Notes: generated by a model not told the origin, from the letters alone. A stretch of 63,804 nt of DNA, filler included, from Octopus bimaculoides (GCF_001194135.2; 6 parts of 5 records of this genome joined end to end with filler, not necessarily neighbours in it); one strand, 5' to 3'. Counted from the whole stretch's first letter, positions 11,079 to 24,599 are shown. Numbers and translations: made by a program.

Positions 11079-12815
11079 ATTGAATATTGTGTGTTGTGTA
11101 CAATGTTTTCGATGGTGGTCGTGGTAAGAGTGATTGCAGTAAGGTGTATAATTATAGGGAAGTGGAGGGGAGAGGGGTGAAGGTTAGAGAGTACAGGTGG
11201 GGAGGAGTCCTGTTAGGTAAGGGGGTATAGTTGTTAATGTCGATACAATAGTAGTATGTTAATGTCTCTTTGTTCACTTCTATTTACACACACATACAAA
11301 TGTGTGCGTATGTGTTTTCATGTATGTACGCATGTATATAAACATATATATATGTGTGTGTGTGTGTGTGTATACACATACATGTACATATATATATATA
11401 TATGCACACACAGTAGCTGGTGACACAGTGAAGCATAGTAAATGTGTACAGACATCTCATTAGAAGTGAAATACTTTAGAAACGTCCCCCACAGCCACCA
11501 CCACTCTTATCTCCCTTCTTCTCTCTCTCTCTCTCTCTCTCTAGATTACAACCCCCTGTTATCACACACACCCTCTCCCACAGTGACATTAGTGTCAATC
11601 CAGTTTGTTAAGAAACCGTATCCCCCATCTCTGTGCCTCTCCCTTCACATTGGTCACCATCTGACACTAATGACCCCCGCTTCTACAGTTTCAGTCCCTC
11701 TTCCACCACCACGACCGTCATTAGCAGTACTACACCAACACCACAACCATCTCCAGCACCACCACCACTACCGCCACTCACCCCTGTTGAAGCTAGTGCT
11801 GTAGTTGTTACTATGAGACGAACCCTTCTCTTTGTCCCAAGTCCTTTCTTTGTAAAAAAAAAGTTTCATTTTTTTTTAAGTCTCAACATTCTATCCCGAG
11901 TATGTGGGATACTAAACGATCTTTGAGTACCCGAAGTGGTAACCGTGTGTACCTTAAGAGTGATCTTTAGTGGTGTCAATTTCCTGTTCGAATTGGTTTC
12001 ATATTCAGTGCAATGATACACTTGTATAGGCTAATTAATGACGTGAAAATAATTTCGCTATAAATCAATAAATAAAGAGTTATTAGTAATTAAAAATTTG
12101 AAAATTTTGGTAATTTTAGCCAATTGTAAGTCAGACACATTCATGTCTGTTTCGATAGTAACAAGCGGAACATGAGAATTTATTTGCCTGTTGTTTAGTA
12201 ACAGTCTTTGTGAAGTCTTTTATCTGCGAGGAAGCAGTGTGATTATGGTAGCAAGCACCAGTAACTTCGCTTCTATTAGCGTTTCTTTTTGCCATTGAGC
12301 ATTGAGGTGGCTGTGAGGTGTGCTAAAAATAACAGCTAAATAAGATTTTTTTTGATAAATCTTTTAAATTATCATAAACATTTGTTTACATGAAAGAAAA
12401 TTACTGGAGACACAACACGTGATGTTCACAAATATTGACAACACGTGCTATTTTCAGAATGTTGACGACAAAATGTGCAGTCACGCACAAAATGACAACT
12501 TCCAAATCCTGTTTCCTGACTGGGTGAAAATGATCAAACTTTGAAACCCTATAACTTTTTTAAAACATTTTTCCGAAAAAATGAAATAACTCCAGCAATT
12601 CAGTTTGGAAAAGTATATTATTGTGCCAAATTTTAAAATTTTCGGTAAACTTTCATTTTTGGAGCCTCTTTCGGGTGACACAACCATCTTCATTGTATCA
12701 GAGAGAGGACTTCAGTTTTTGGTCGGTCGGTCGGTGTGATGTGTATGTCTGTGTGTGAGCGTTTTGTGTTCTTGTCCCATTCTGTATTATTCATATATAT
12801 ATGTATACATATGTG

Positions 12816-12900
12816 CTTCCGCTTCCTCTTGGTTGACGAAGCGTCACGAGTGCAGGAAGTGAACCATGGATCGGAACAATGATCTGAGACGGCTTGGTGC
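12816..12900. promoter_or_regulatory. Small CpG-rich patch with ETS-like sites
   Basis: cttccgcttcc 12816-12826, tgacg/cgtca half-sites and caggaagtg 12853-12861, followed by ATG at 12866. Confidence 0.25.
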
Positions 12901-13083
12901 GGACTATATACTGGGTGTGTCATGAGTTCGATTCCCTCAGGTTTCTGGAGTTTATTCCAGGTCGTGCGAGAGGTGTGTGTGTGTGTGTGTATGAGACAGA
13001 CAGACAGACAGAGAGTTCTTATGTTCAGTTATAATAAAAACAATTTTACAATTAATCTGATGGGTTAATTTATCCTTTTGTAG

Positions 13084-13138
13084 AATGCATACACTTAAAC
13101 AAGAATATTATTGACAATGACTTCGAAGTTTTAGCCAG
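13084..13138 (+). other. Candidate 55-bp exon (unassigned)
   Basis: Acceptor atccttttgtag| and donor CAG|gtaagc. One open phase reads CIHLNKNIIDNDFEVLA. No homology recognised. Confidence 0.3.
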
Positions 13139-13832
13139 GTAAGCCGTGTTCGGCTAATATGTGTGTGTATGTGTGTGTGCGCGCGAGTGCGTGTATGTAT
13201 GTTCCTCAGTTGCGGTACAGAGCCAGGGAAAGTGTCCCTTTAAGACGCAGACTGTTGTATAACAAGGAAAACTTCAAAACAAGCAAGACAACTCGCCCCG
13301 AAAGCGATCGAGAACGGTAGATGCAAACCTAGAGATTAATGACTGAAAACTTGAGAGTTGTTTCTAGCATGTCCAGTGACCCACATTATCTTCTTCCAAC
13401 TTTAATTTAAGCTATTTTAATTCAATGTCCATCTGGTTTAAATAAAGGACTGTAATTCTTTAACTTTGGTGTTTTGTTCTAAGTTGTATCATATTTTTAA
13501 GAACATTACCTTCAAAGAGTTATGTGTTTGAGTATCAAAATCGCTATCATTGAATAGAATTTAGTTTAATCCTATTTACGGATGGTTTGTGGTTTGTAAT
13601 GGGGGTGGATGCACCCCAGCATTACCCCCTCAGCTTCTACAGACTGCTGCTGCTGGCTTGATTTAGCACAAAACAGCTTCAGGATGTCTACAAGTTGGTT
13701 CCATGGAGAAACCTTTTAGTGTTGGCGTTTAGAGAAGAAATTTAAGAAGATAATACATGCCTAACTAATGGTTAATAAACACACACACACATATAGACCC
13801 ATACACATATTCACACAGGTACATATACACAC

Positions 13833-13870
<38 letters not shown>

Positions 13871-14639
13871 GCGCGTTACGTACACACATGCACATACACA
13901 CATTAAGCATACACACACATACACGAACACATGTACAGATATCCATACATAAACACATATAGACACGCATACGTACATACCTATGCATTCGTACACACAT
14001 ATACTGACATACATGTTCATATATACATACCAGTACGATATATACACATACACACACACATTTATTCACGTACATATAAATGCATACATACACTCATACA
14101 CACAATATTTGTCATTCAGTGTTTGACCATCTTGATAATGGGGGTCGCATGACCTCGAAATGTCAGCATAATGTATCTAGAAAAACTTATTTACAACAAA
14201 CCAATTAACTTGAAACTCATTAACAGCAAATAAATTAATCGGAAGACAATAAATTACGAATTTTAAAACATGTAAAACAAGGAAAAGATTGTAAAGTTGT
14301 TATTTTAAAATATTTTGTATTATATTCATTTTCTCCACCTCTACACAAAGAGCTCTACAAAGTCTTCGCCGCTACGCACAGTACGTCGTCTAAACCACAT
14401 CTGGCGTGCCAGTAAGAGTTGAAAAGATATATCACTGTTCTTACATCGTGTGGCTCAAATTAGAGGAACATATACGTACATACCGAAATACAGACGGTTT
14501 AATATTCCAGTTGCATATACGATCGAGTATATTCATCTGATGAAAACGGTTTTTTCCCTTCGCATGATGTAATAACTCGTTTGAAACAGCTGTAGTGAAT
14601 GAACCAATTTCCATCTGTTATTTTGTTTTGTGTGTGTGT

Positions 14640-14850
14640 GTATTTCTTTTCCTTGTTTCAGCCATTTGATTGCGACCACACTAGAGCACCGCCTTTTGTC
14701 GAACAAATCGAGCCCAGGACTTATGCTTTGTAAGTCTAGAACTTATTCTATCGGTGTTTTTGCCGAACCGCTAGATACGGGGGACATAACACGCCAACAT
14801 CGGTTATCAAGCGATGGAGTTGTGGACAAATACACACACACAAACATACA
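14640..14850 (-). mobile_element. SINE family A, 3' half
   Basis: gagcaccgcc...ttttgccgaaccgctagatacgggg...caagcgatgg. Confidence 0.8.
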
Positions 14851-17734
14851 CACATATATATATATATACAAATATGTGTTATAGATAGATAAATACATAT
14901 ATAGTGTACATGTATATATATATGTGTGTGTGTGTGTGTATTTTCATTTCTCACCCCCACCCCACCAGTTAAGTGCCCTCCTACCCCCACCTTGTTCCTA
15001 TCCGGCAGACGACCCAGTTAGGCAGTGTCAAGGCAGAAATAAATAAGAGACCATATGGTTATAAATTGTCTGTGACTAACACAGTCACTGGTTACAATGA
15101 ACTACTGACGCATTAGCACTGGTTACAACAAAACGTCGATGGATTAACCTCTCTGATTGTTTATAAATGATACATTGTCACTGTTAATAGGTCAATTGGT
15201 GAGAGATGGAGGGATGCCAGCGGCGCATTAACAACGCACTGGTTACATTGACGGGACATTAACAACCCACTGGTTACATAAAGGAGATGTTGGCTTTAGG
15301 AATTTACATACACAGATATATATACACAAACGTACATACACTCATGCATATAAGAACAAGCATGCATTCATACACACATGTATGCATACATACACACATG
15401 CTCATACGTAAATGTACACACACATCTATATATGTAATGTATGTATGTATGTAAGTATTTCTATAAAGTGAAGAAGTATGAGGGGTGAATATATACTTAT
15501 TAATTCCTGCTGAGTTCCATGATGTTACAGCCGTTTCGCAACCTTCATGAAGTATCAATTCTCTGAAACCACATCTTTTACTATTTATTGGTGTGTGTGT
15601 GTGTGTGTGTGTGTGTGTGGTTGCGATGATGGTGGTGGTGGTGGTGGTAGGTAGGTAGTTGACGCGTAGTATCACCTCCCCACTTCGTGGATTTTCATTA
15701 AATCTGCAAAAACGTCACAAAATTGTTACTCAGAGTTTCAGGTTTTCCCGTCGTCAGGCAGTTGCGATTAAGTTTGAGTAACAGTTTTGTCATGTTTTTG
15801 CAGCTTTGAAAAAAAATTATAAATATATATAAACAAGTAAAGTTAATCGCCACATCAAAGTGGCTGTTCCATGTTACTATTAGTTTAACCCCAGGCAGAT
15901 CTTCCGCCGCCAGGTGGTTATCGGTGCGGCGGCGCTGCACCCTGTCTATACATATATGTTGCTAGTCGGGGGAGCGAACCCCTACCATCCTCTAGCAGAC
16001 AACAGGATCGAGAGACTGATTCAGTTTCGAGCTTGTTGTCTGATCTCGAGATTTTGCAACTAGCTATTTTGCTCATTCATATACACACACACGCGCGCAC
16101 GCATATATATATATATATATANNNNNNNNNNNNNNNNNNNNNNNNNNNNNNNNNNNNNNNNNNNNNNNNNNNNNNNNNNNNNNNNNNNNNNNNNNNNNNN
16201 NNNNNNNNNNNNNNNNNNNNNNNNNTATATGTCTATACACATTTAAACACTTCAAAATACACATAGACATCTACACAAAAACATACACACATACACCGCC
16301 ACACACTTTCTCTTTGATGTTTGTTTCGGACATGGAAGACAAAGATTTCTGTCTAAACTTTAACCAACCCCTAAAGTATACAAACACACATACACACACA
16401 CATACACATATATACATATAACACCACCACTGCTACTGCTATCAATTCCCTCCACTTTTAAAACAGTCAACCACCACCACCACCATCACGTCCCTCACAC
16501 GCACTTTCTAGATCCTTCCACTGATTTAAAGAGAAAATTCCAGTTTTTCCAAACCTGTTTAGTTTAGTGGTGGGGGGTGCGATACGGGTGGTGGTGGTGA
16601 CGGCGGCGGCATTGTAGTGGTGGTGGGTAAGTTGACAGGATGAGTGAAGAGGAGACGAAGTGATTAGGAGAAGGGAAAGGATAATTTGAAAATCCACGAA
16701 AGGAGAGGGGAGACTACTTACCACCACCACCACCACCACCACCGCAACCATTATAACCATCAATCAGTCTCTCCTTCACCTCTTTTACTGTCAACAAGTG
16801 ATCCTTTGGATTTCCTTGTTATTCTAACGTTGTATACACACAACACAGTTTTATATACTCGGCGGACAGAGGGCTACCACAACTACCACGACTACATACA
16901 TTTCTAACAGAGTGTATATACACCACAGTGCATATATTGTCCCTGGACTGAGGGCTGCTGCTTCGTTACTGCGACATTATCCCGTCGTCATTCGTTAACC
17001 CCGGACAGAGGGCTACCATTGCTACTACAACTGAAGTTCTTGAACTCCATGTTATCTCTGGATAAAGGTCTGGAATACCGTGTCACGGCGTCGGTTGCCT
17101 GTTTACCTTAATTCACGTTGCCCTTTTAGTGGCACGAACTGACACCAAGCTAAACAATCCTCTCCTGGGGCTATCACCAACTTCTCGGTCCTTCTACTAC
17201 TGGAGATATACACAAGTCATGTACTGTATGTATACTAAGTGAGTGTATAGATGTATTTTGTATATCTATGTAGATATATTTGTGTGCATATTCTATACTT
17301 ATATACATTTTGTTGTATATAAATATAGAAGCCTCTATGCATACGTATCTAGCAGTCTGTCTATCTGTCAGTCTATATGTCTGTGTATGTATTTGTGTGT
17401 GTGTATATATATAATCATTTTAACATATATTATAATATACGAACATACACACACGTTGTTTTATATAATATACTCTGTGAATATCAATTTGTTTATACTG
17501 AGCATGAAACACGTTGATCAGCTAAATTTTATAACCAATTAATTGTTCATGTATGATCGTCTTTTTAACGGTTTATAAGGAGTACACCTGTATAGTGAGT
17601 TTTAGTATACTAATTGCATTGGTAATCTCAATGGAGGTTTTTACAAGCGACTGTATTGTATATGTGAGTCCCAACCCATAAACCCTGAGCCCCTGCTAAG
17701 GATTGTAAACCCCAGCTGTCTGGAGCAATAATAA

Positions 17735-17880
17735 CTCTTTCCACTGGCACAAGGTCTGAATGTTGAGGGGAGGGGCTAGTCGATTGCATCGGCAGCGTTT
17801 GAACTCGGAACGTAAAGACGGACGAAAGACCGCTAAATATTTTGTCCGGTGTGCTAACGATTTTACCAGCTCACCACCGT
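17735..17880 (-). mobile_element. SINE family B with central deletion
   Basis: tttgaactcggaacgtaaagac...gtgctaacgattttaccagctcacc. Confidence 0.8.
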
Positions 17881-18167
17881 AATAATACATAATATATACC
17901 CGAGGCCCTGATGGAGATGTAAACAGCAATATAGTTAGGGTGAAGACAATGAAAGCCCTACTGTTGATCTATTAGGTTCAGGTGACTGAGTACACCCTGG
18001 TTTGTGTGTGTGTGTGTGTCAACATGACACCCCTTTAACTTTTAGTTCACGACTGGCAATTTCGGTTGATTTAGGGTAAGGTAAAACCTACCTGCCTATT
18101 TTATATCTATCTACTTATCTCTATTTATTTATCTACCCCCCCACACACACACACACACACTTTGTGT

Positions 18168-18222
<55 letters not shown>

Positions 18223-19351
18223 ATGAAACCACTGTTGAAAACCACGTGTTGTCTAACGCAGGGCAGCGTTGATCCAGTAGGCCTCTGATATCATGAATGA
18301 GCAAAAATGGAAAAGACACATTTGGATAAATAGTCCTATATAAACTATGCCTGAAAAATAACAGGCATGATGTTCGCGGCTGGAGTGACATTCAGTATAG
18401 GGACTTATGATGAAAGGTAGTCTCTTCATCCCGGGGCCTCCACATCGTGTTTGTTACTTGTGTGCCCCGTTTTCGTTTATTAACTGTTAACCGGGAACTC
18501 TGTTGCATCGACTATGAATAACAATGACACCGGTTATAACAATAAAAGGCACTACTGTACAATACGGGTCCCATCGATTTATTTTTCTTCGTTATAAAAC
18601 ACTTTCTTTAAAAGATATTAATTTTCTCAAAAAAGTATTACGTGAATTAGCTTTCACATAAACGTCTTCACTGTGTTGGATTGTTGTTAAATTTTGTTGT
18701 TGTTTAGCCCCGATCAAGCAGACCTATAATCAGATGTGTTCCACCATTCTCTTTTCTACCCTTTTTTATTAAAATAGTACCGCTGTTGAATTTTGTATTT
18801 TATTTTAAATTGATTTAAAGAATGAGGGACTTGTGTTGCACAGTGTTGCCAACAGACTGGACCTCCAAATGGTCATCCGACCTGTTAGAAATAACAGCCA
18901 AATCTCTCCCAAATTAATTACATACTATCTTTAAAAGAAATAATTCTAGGATATTAGGGATATCCCTTCATCAGAGACGATGTGAGATGGTTAAATAGAG
19001 GGAAATATTAGAGTTCAATATGAGGAGTTATTTTGGGAACGGAAGCAAATAAGGAGTATATAAGGAAATAGGAGAATGACTGTAAAAATAAAAATATATA
19101 AAGATGTTATAGTTGCAGTTCCATTATCCAAGGAATGTGGTGTGTAGAAGTGGTAGAAATGCTTCTTGTCCATGGTATGTAAATTCCAATAGGAGTTAAT
19201 ATTTTGTCATTACAAATGGAAATGCAAACTATATATAATATATATAATATTATATATAGTTTGCAATTTAAATTGGGTGCAAAGTGAAACAATTGTAGGC
19301 AATGTTAAATAATTAAGAAATTAATTTATATCCATTGAATCTCTCCATTTT

Positions 19352-19750
19352 CAATGGCTGAGTGGTAAGTAGCTTGCTTACCAACCACATGGTCTCGGGT
19401 TCAGTCCCACTGCATGGTACCTTGGGCAAGTGTCTTCTCCTATATAGCCTTGGGCTGACCAAAGCATTGTGAGTAGATTTGGTAGACGGAAACTGAAAAA
19501 AGCCCGACGTATATATGTATATATATATGTGTTTGTGTGTCTGTGTTTGTCCCCCCCCCCCAACATCGCTTGACAACCGATGCTGGTGTGTTTACGTCCC
19601 CGTAACTTAGCGGTTCGGCAAAAGAGACCGATAGAATAAGTACTAGACTTATAAAGAATAAGTCCTGGGGTGGATTTGCTCGACTAAAGGGCGGTGCTCC
19701 AGCATGGCCACAGTCAAATGACTGAAACAAATAAGAGAGTAAAAGAGAAA
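19352..19750 (+). mobile_element. SINE family A, full length
   Basis: Complete head, central segment, internal (TA)/(TG) and 3' end gactgaaacaaataa. Confidence 0.9.
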
Positions 19751-20097
19751 AGATAGATAGATAGATTTTTGTAAAAGAATGCAATTAAGTGCTGCCCCGG
19801 TGATCCGTTGTGGTTATGCACTTGGACCATTCGGTGTTGTGTTCCAAATAACTGTGATGGTGAAACTTGGGTAGGAACTAAGGACGTTATCCTGGTGTTT
19901 ATCGCAATCTTCCTGTACGATACAGGTATAAATAAAAAGTGGACGAATTCAGAGTTGCCACTCTTTTTTAAGACGGAAACGTAGAGGCATTGGATCCCAG
20001 TTGCCTGGAGTGTCTCAGGGATCTTGGGACCCAATTCTGTTCTATGTGTGTTGTGGTTTGCTGCCAATAAATAAATATTATGGGACCCAGTGCACAG

Positions 20098-20190
20098 GTT
20101 TACTCGTGGCCTATAATACCTCTAAGTCGGCTTTGTGTTGAGGCTGGCAGACGTCAGATCCAGCAATTTCTGTGGTTCCTTAAACCAGAG
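20098..20190 (+). other. Candidate 93-bp phase-0 exon (unassigned)
   Basis: Strong donor GAG|gtgagt at 20190. Open frame VYSWPIIPLSRLCVEAGRRQIQQFLWFLKPE. The acceptor (cacag|) lacks a pyrimidine tract. Confidence 0.2.
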
Positions 20191-20922
20191 GTGAGTAATT
20201 GTTTATTAAGAGGGGCTCAAATATATGTGGTGTAGCGTGGGCGGCCTGAGGTTTAAGGAGGGGATGATTGCTAGTTTGGGTATGACGCCGGGCGACCGAA
20301 CACCATACTGTACCACTGACTGTCCATGACTAGTTGGAATCTTATTTATATAGAAAAAGGCTCTCCGCTGATAAAAAAAAAAAATATGGTCTGAGGAACT
20401 GGGGATCGCTCAGGTTCAAGAAGTGGAAGTCACTCGACGCCATTCTCTTCTGTCCCTCTACGAATTCCTTTATTCCCATCATCGACTGTTACTCGCCATG
20501 TTGGAAAGGAAGGCGGTTTCTCCCCATGCTGTGTCCCCATACTCGAGACACCGGTACATCCCCGTTTGTATCCAGTCAATGAATGTGTGACTTATTGTAG
20601 AAGAAAAGACGAGAGGCAAGTCTGTTCATTGGAATTTGTTTTCTGATCGAACAGAAATGAAAGTCACAAAGGAAAGTGCCATATTTTTACGCCATAAATA
20701 ATAGTGAAAATAATTAAACAAATAATATATTTATAGATTTTAATTCACTAATTAACTGACAGCTCATGATTTATATCCAATAACAGCACCGAGTATATAT
20801 AAAACCGACGTGGGAAGAAACATATTTTATCTTGTATAAAACGAAAGAAAAAACATCAAATTATTCTGTTTTGTGTTCTTTGTTTTTGTTTTTGTTTTTT
20901 TAAGTTTTTCTGTGGCCTTTTT

Positions 20923-21022
20923 NNNNNNNNNNNNNNNNNNNNNNNNNNNNNNNNNNNNNNNNNNNNTTAATTAATTAANNNNNNNNNNNNNNNNNNNNNN
21001 NNNNNNNNNNNNNNNNNNNNNN
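20923..21022. other. Scaffold join marker: 44 N + TTAATTAATTAA + 44 N (artefact)
   Basis: The identical 100-bp pattern recurs at 30799-30898, 40927-41026, 53890-53989 and 59696-59795. Confidence 0.95.

Positions 21023-21101
<79 letters not shown>
21023..21101. repeat. (TAA)n microsatellite
   Basis: Direct reading. Confidence 0.95.
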
Positions 21102-21102
<1 letters not shown>

Positions 21103-21839
21103 GCGTCCCCTAAAACTAATGTCTGACATCGGAAAGCAGTTATGGAACAAGTCTGATATACAGAGATCTATAGTTTCACATATTTCATAAGTATAAAGGA
21201 AAGACGAAAGTTAAATAGATGAATGATAAAGATGGAGTAGAAAAATATGATGACTTTTTTCCGTAACGTTCACTTAAGTGAGTTTTAATAATAGATCCGA
21301 CCGAGAATGGAAACCAGATAACGTAGTTAGGTCTGTGTAAAATTGGTTAACAAACATAAAAAGAGAAACAAAAATCACATACAAAAAAAAACAATGTAAA
21401 AACAAAGAAATGAAACAACATACAAAATTAAGCAATGAAATATTTTACTGTGCAAAAAGCAACATTACGTACATTACAAAGATCATTATAATCAGCTGAA
21501 CTCAAAAGTTATAAAGCAAAATCATTACTAAAAATCATCAAATTTAGCAAGCTGAAGATCAATAACTGAAGATCAATGTTATTTCCATTCGAAAAACGTT
21601 ACTGATATTGTTGTTTTCCTTTTCTTCTTGTAATGCCGAAAAGCAAAATATTCATTACTTAAAAACTAATTTATATCATTGTTTTTTTTTTGGGGGGGGG
21701 GTTCTACTATAAAGCTGGATGGTTTGTGGTGGATGACGGGAATGCAAAAAAATGCAAAATAAGGACATAGAAAAAAAGGAAAGAAATAATAAAGACTGAT
21801 ATTGGTTATTATTATAATCCTTTTCACTGTATGCACAAT

Positions 21840-22560
21840 TCTCAGCTAGTGCTTATTTTATCGATCCCAAAATGATAAAAGATAAAATAGGCCGCAGAGG
21901 AATTTGAACTCAGAACGTGTATAATCAGCAGAAATGTCGCGAAGCGGCTTGTTCAGCGTGCTAACGATTCCGCCAGCTCACCGCCTTAGTTCCAAAGAGA
22001 AATAATAATAATAATAATCATTCTAACGTAGGCACATGGCCAAGCATTTTTGAAGAGGGATTGCAATGCTTCCAACACTAGGCAGATAGTTTATTTTGTC
22101 GACACCGGATAAAACGAAAGATAAAGTCGACATCAGAACGCAAAACAATTTGTTCGATGCTCTAACGATTCGGCTATTCACCGCTCTCACTATAAAGATA
22201 ATTTCTTACATGAACGCAAGGTCAGAAATTGTATGGGTGGCGGGGATAGTCGATTGTATCGACTCGGAAGAGATAAAGGTAAAGTTGGCTTCGGCAGGTT
22301 TTGAACTCACAATGATAAAGAGCTGGAACAAATACCGCAAGGTAAGTTTGCCCGGCACTCTAACAATTCTGGCAATCCACCGTCCTCTTAACAATAAGTA
22401 TAATGATTTCTAACATAGGCAAAAGATCGGAAACTCGGAGGAGAAACAGCCGAATAATATCGAAGTATTAAGTAGTACTTCGAATAGAAGGCTAAGTCGA
22501 CCATGACAGGTTCGAATGTAAAGGGTCATAACTAAATACAGCAGTGTATTTTAAATATCC
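21840..22560 (-). mobile_element. Head-to-tail array of about 4 decayed family B SINEs
   Basis: Units at ~21840-21988, 22020-22190, 22200-22390 and 22408-22560. The last three begin (plus strand) with ttctaac/ttcttac..ggcac/gca and units contain ctaacgatt-like head motifs. Confidence 0.65.
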
Positions 22561-23274
22561 TACTGATTTAAGTAATCCACCATTCTAATAATAATGAAAA
22601 CGTATTAATAATAATAATAATAATAATAATAAATATGAATAAATAAATAAAATGAAATCAAAAGATGAAGCGAGTTGAATAAAAATGAATTTTTATCATT
22701 AGTTTATTTTATTTTTATTTTTATTATATTTTTGGCATTTTTCAAAACTTAAATTATATTTTAACTAATTAAAACTTGTGACGCTTGACCAAATATGCAT
22801 GATGCTTAGTCAGCATTTTTTTTTTTTTTTGCCGACTGTAACAAGAAGCTTAAGTAAGGAGGATGAATGTAAATCAAAAACAACAAAAGAAGAAAAAAAT
22901 CTTTCCAGTTCTTGTTAAAGGCACTTGTTCAAAACTATGGAGCTGATATAATTACGTCACATGCCATTTTGTAGTAGCTGTTGTTGTTATTGCTGATGAA
23001 TAAACCTACATTTAAACAACAGGTGTCTGTGTGTTCTTGGCGACGACAATGTCTTGGTAATGTTTCTTACAATACAAGATTCCTTCGGCTTGTGCATAAT
23101 TATTGAGGCTGGAAAATTAAAAAAATATATATATATATATAAGGAATAATTAGGAAATGTTTTGCAAGAGTTGATAGTTATCTATGTAGTAAAATGATTT
23201 ATAAGTTTGATACAAATAACATACATTTGTAGGTGTAGTGTGTACAGAATCTAATTAGTTGGATCAACCTCTGC

Positions 23275-23324
<50 letters not shown>

Positions 23325-23380
23325 ACGTGTGCCTGTACGTGTGTGTGCGTGTGTGTGTGTGTGTGCGTGTGTGTGTGTGC
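23275..23380. repeat. (TG)n microsatellite
   Basis: Direct reading. Confidence 0.95.
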
Positions 23381-23384
23381 AGTC

Positions 23385-23600
23385 GAAGGCGCGTGGCTTA
23401 GTGGTTAGGATATTCGTCTCATGATTGTAAGGTCATAAGTTCGATTCCTTGTGGTGCTTTGTATCCTTGAGCAAGATGCTTTATTTGACGTTCCTCCAGT
23501 TCACTCAGGTGGCAAAAATGAGGAGTGCTTATAATTCAAACGGCCAGCCTTGACATATCCTGTATCAGGCTGAATCTCCCTGGGCACTATACTAAGTGTG
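23385..23600 (+). mobile_element. tRNA-headed SINE, family C
   Basis: Head ggcgcgtggcttagtggttagg...agttcgattcc, then ccttgagcaagatgcttta...ccagttcactcag. No acceptor stem, so not a tRNA gene. Confidence 0.75.
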
Positions 23601-23744
23601 TGTGTGTGTAATGGGAAAATGTAGTCTGGAGATTTCTTGGAGACACAAGGTGTGTTATTAAAGCTTGCCTAGACTACATCTCCAATGCAATTAGTAACTC
23701 ATACCTGTATACTGTGTACAAGATATCATATATATATACACACA

Positions 23745-23798
<54 letters not shown>

Positions 23799-23848
23799 CA
23801 TACATACATACATACATACATACATACATACATACATACATACATACA
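23745..23848. repeat. (TA)n(CATA)n compound microsatellite
   Basis: Direct reading. Confidence 0.95.
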
Positions 23849-24599
23849 AAATAACAACAACGCTCACAAGGACCCTGGCCTTCTGAATGACTTTGGAGTA
23901 CCTAATTTGTGGAATTTTTACTACCATCGGATTACATTACCTTGTTCATTCGGAACACGCCATTCCTGCACCGTAACTGAATAAGGATTTCTCTATTTGA
24001 AAACAAGACCGAAAATTACTCAGAAGCGATTAGATTGATTTTAACCGAGTCGACCTGAGCTACATTTCAACGCAAGATGTAGAGACGTGTAATTAATGCT
24101 GTAGAGCATTTCGTGCGACACTCAATCGATTCTGACACTTGAACAAAATAAAGAAAGGCAAAACTTATACAGGCATTCGTGCGATAAATAATGTTAATTA
24201 TTTCATCTCTCATGGTGTTAAGTGTCTACTAACAAATGACTAAGTCCCATTCCTAATATCTTTAGAGAAAATAGGAATAAAAGTTGTGAAGTCTAAACCT
24301 TTTCAACATGATTAATAGCATAATTGAAATGAAATGGCTGCAATCGGAAAATCGAAACCAGATTGCCGACTCAGTTTTCGGATGCAAACTGTCCACTTGT
24401 AAGTTATGGACCGTTCCTGTTTTTCACAAGAGCAAACTATACTAAACTGTAAATATGAAAATATTTATAGCTGAGTTAACTTCATTGATAATTAAATACA
24501 TTTTGTGACAGCTGAGAGAGTTTCAAACAGTGTTTAGTGATAAGTCGTGATTCTTTTGGCATCTCATCAACAGTGTTGACTCTTTCAGCGCCTCACCAA

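Noticed and set aside
11930-12690. MITE related to 1740-1950
   Set aside because: Shares only a short aaattt.ggtaattttagccaat stretch; termini and target-site duplication could not be defined.
14150-14600. Transposase remnant
   Set aside because: Looks TE-like but no catalytic motif or terminal repeat could be identified.
18944-18980. CTGATGA-A-GGGATAT..ATATCC-T-AGAAT (minus strand) as a fourth hammerhead
   Set aside because: No GAAA, and no helix I or III; at best a decayed relic.
20967-20978. Recurrent palindrome TTAATTAATTAA as a biological motif
   Set aside because: Always centred in an exact 100-bp N spacer; a scaffolding artefact.
23385-23460. tRNA gene
   Set aside because: A/B boxes are present but the acceptor and T stems do not pair, and a SINE body follows.
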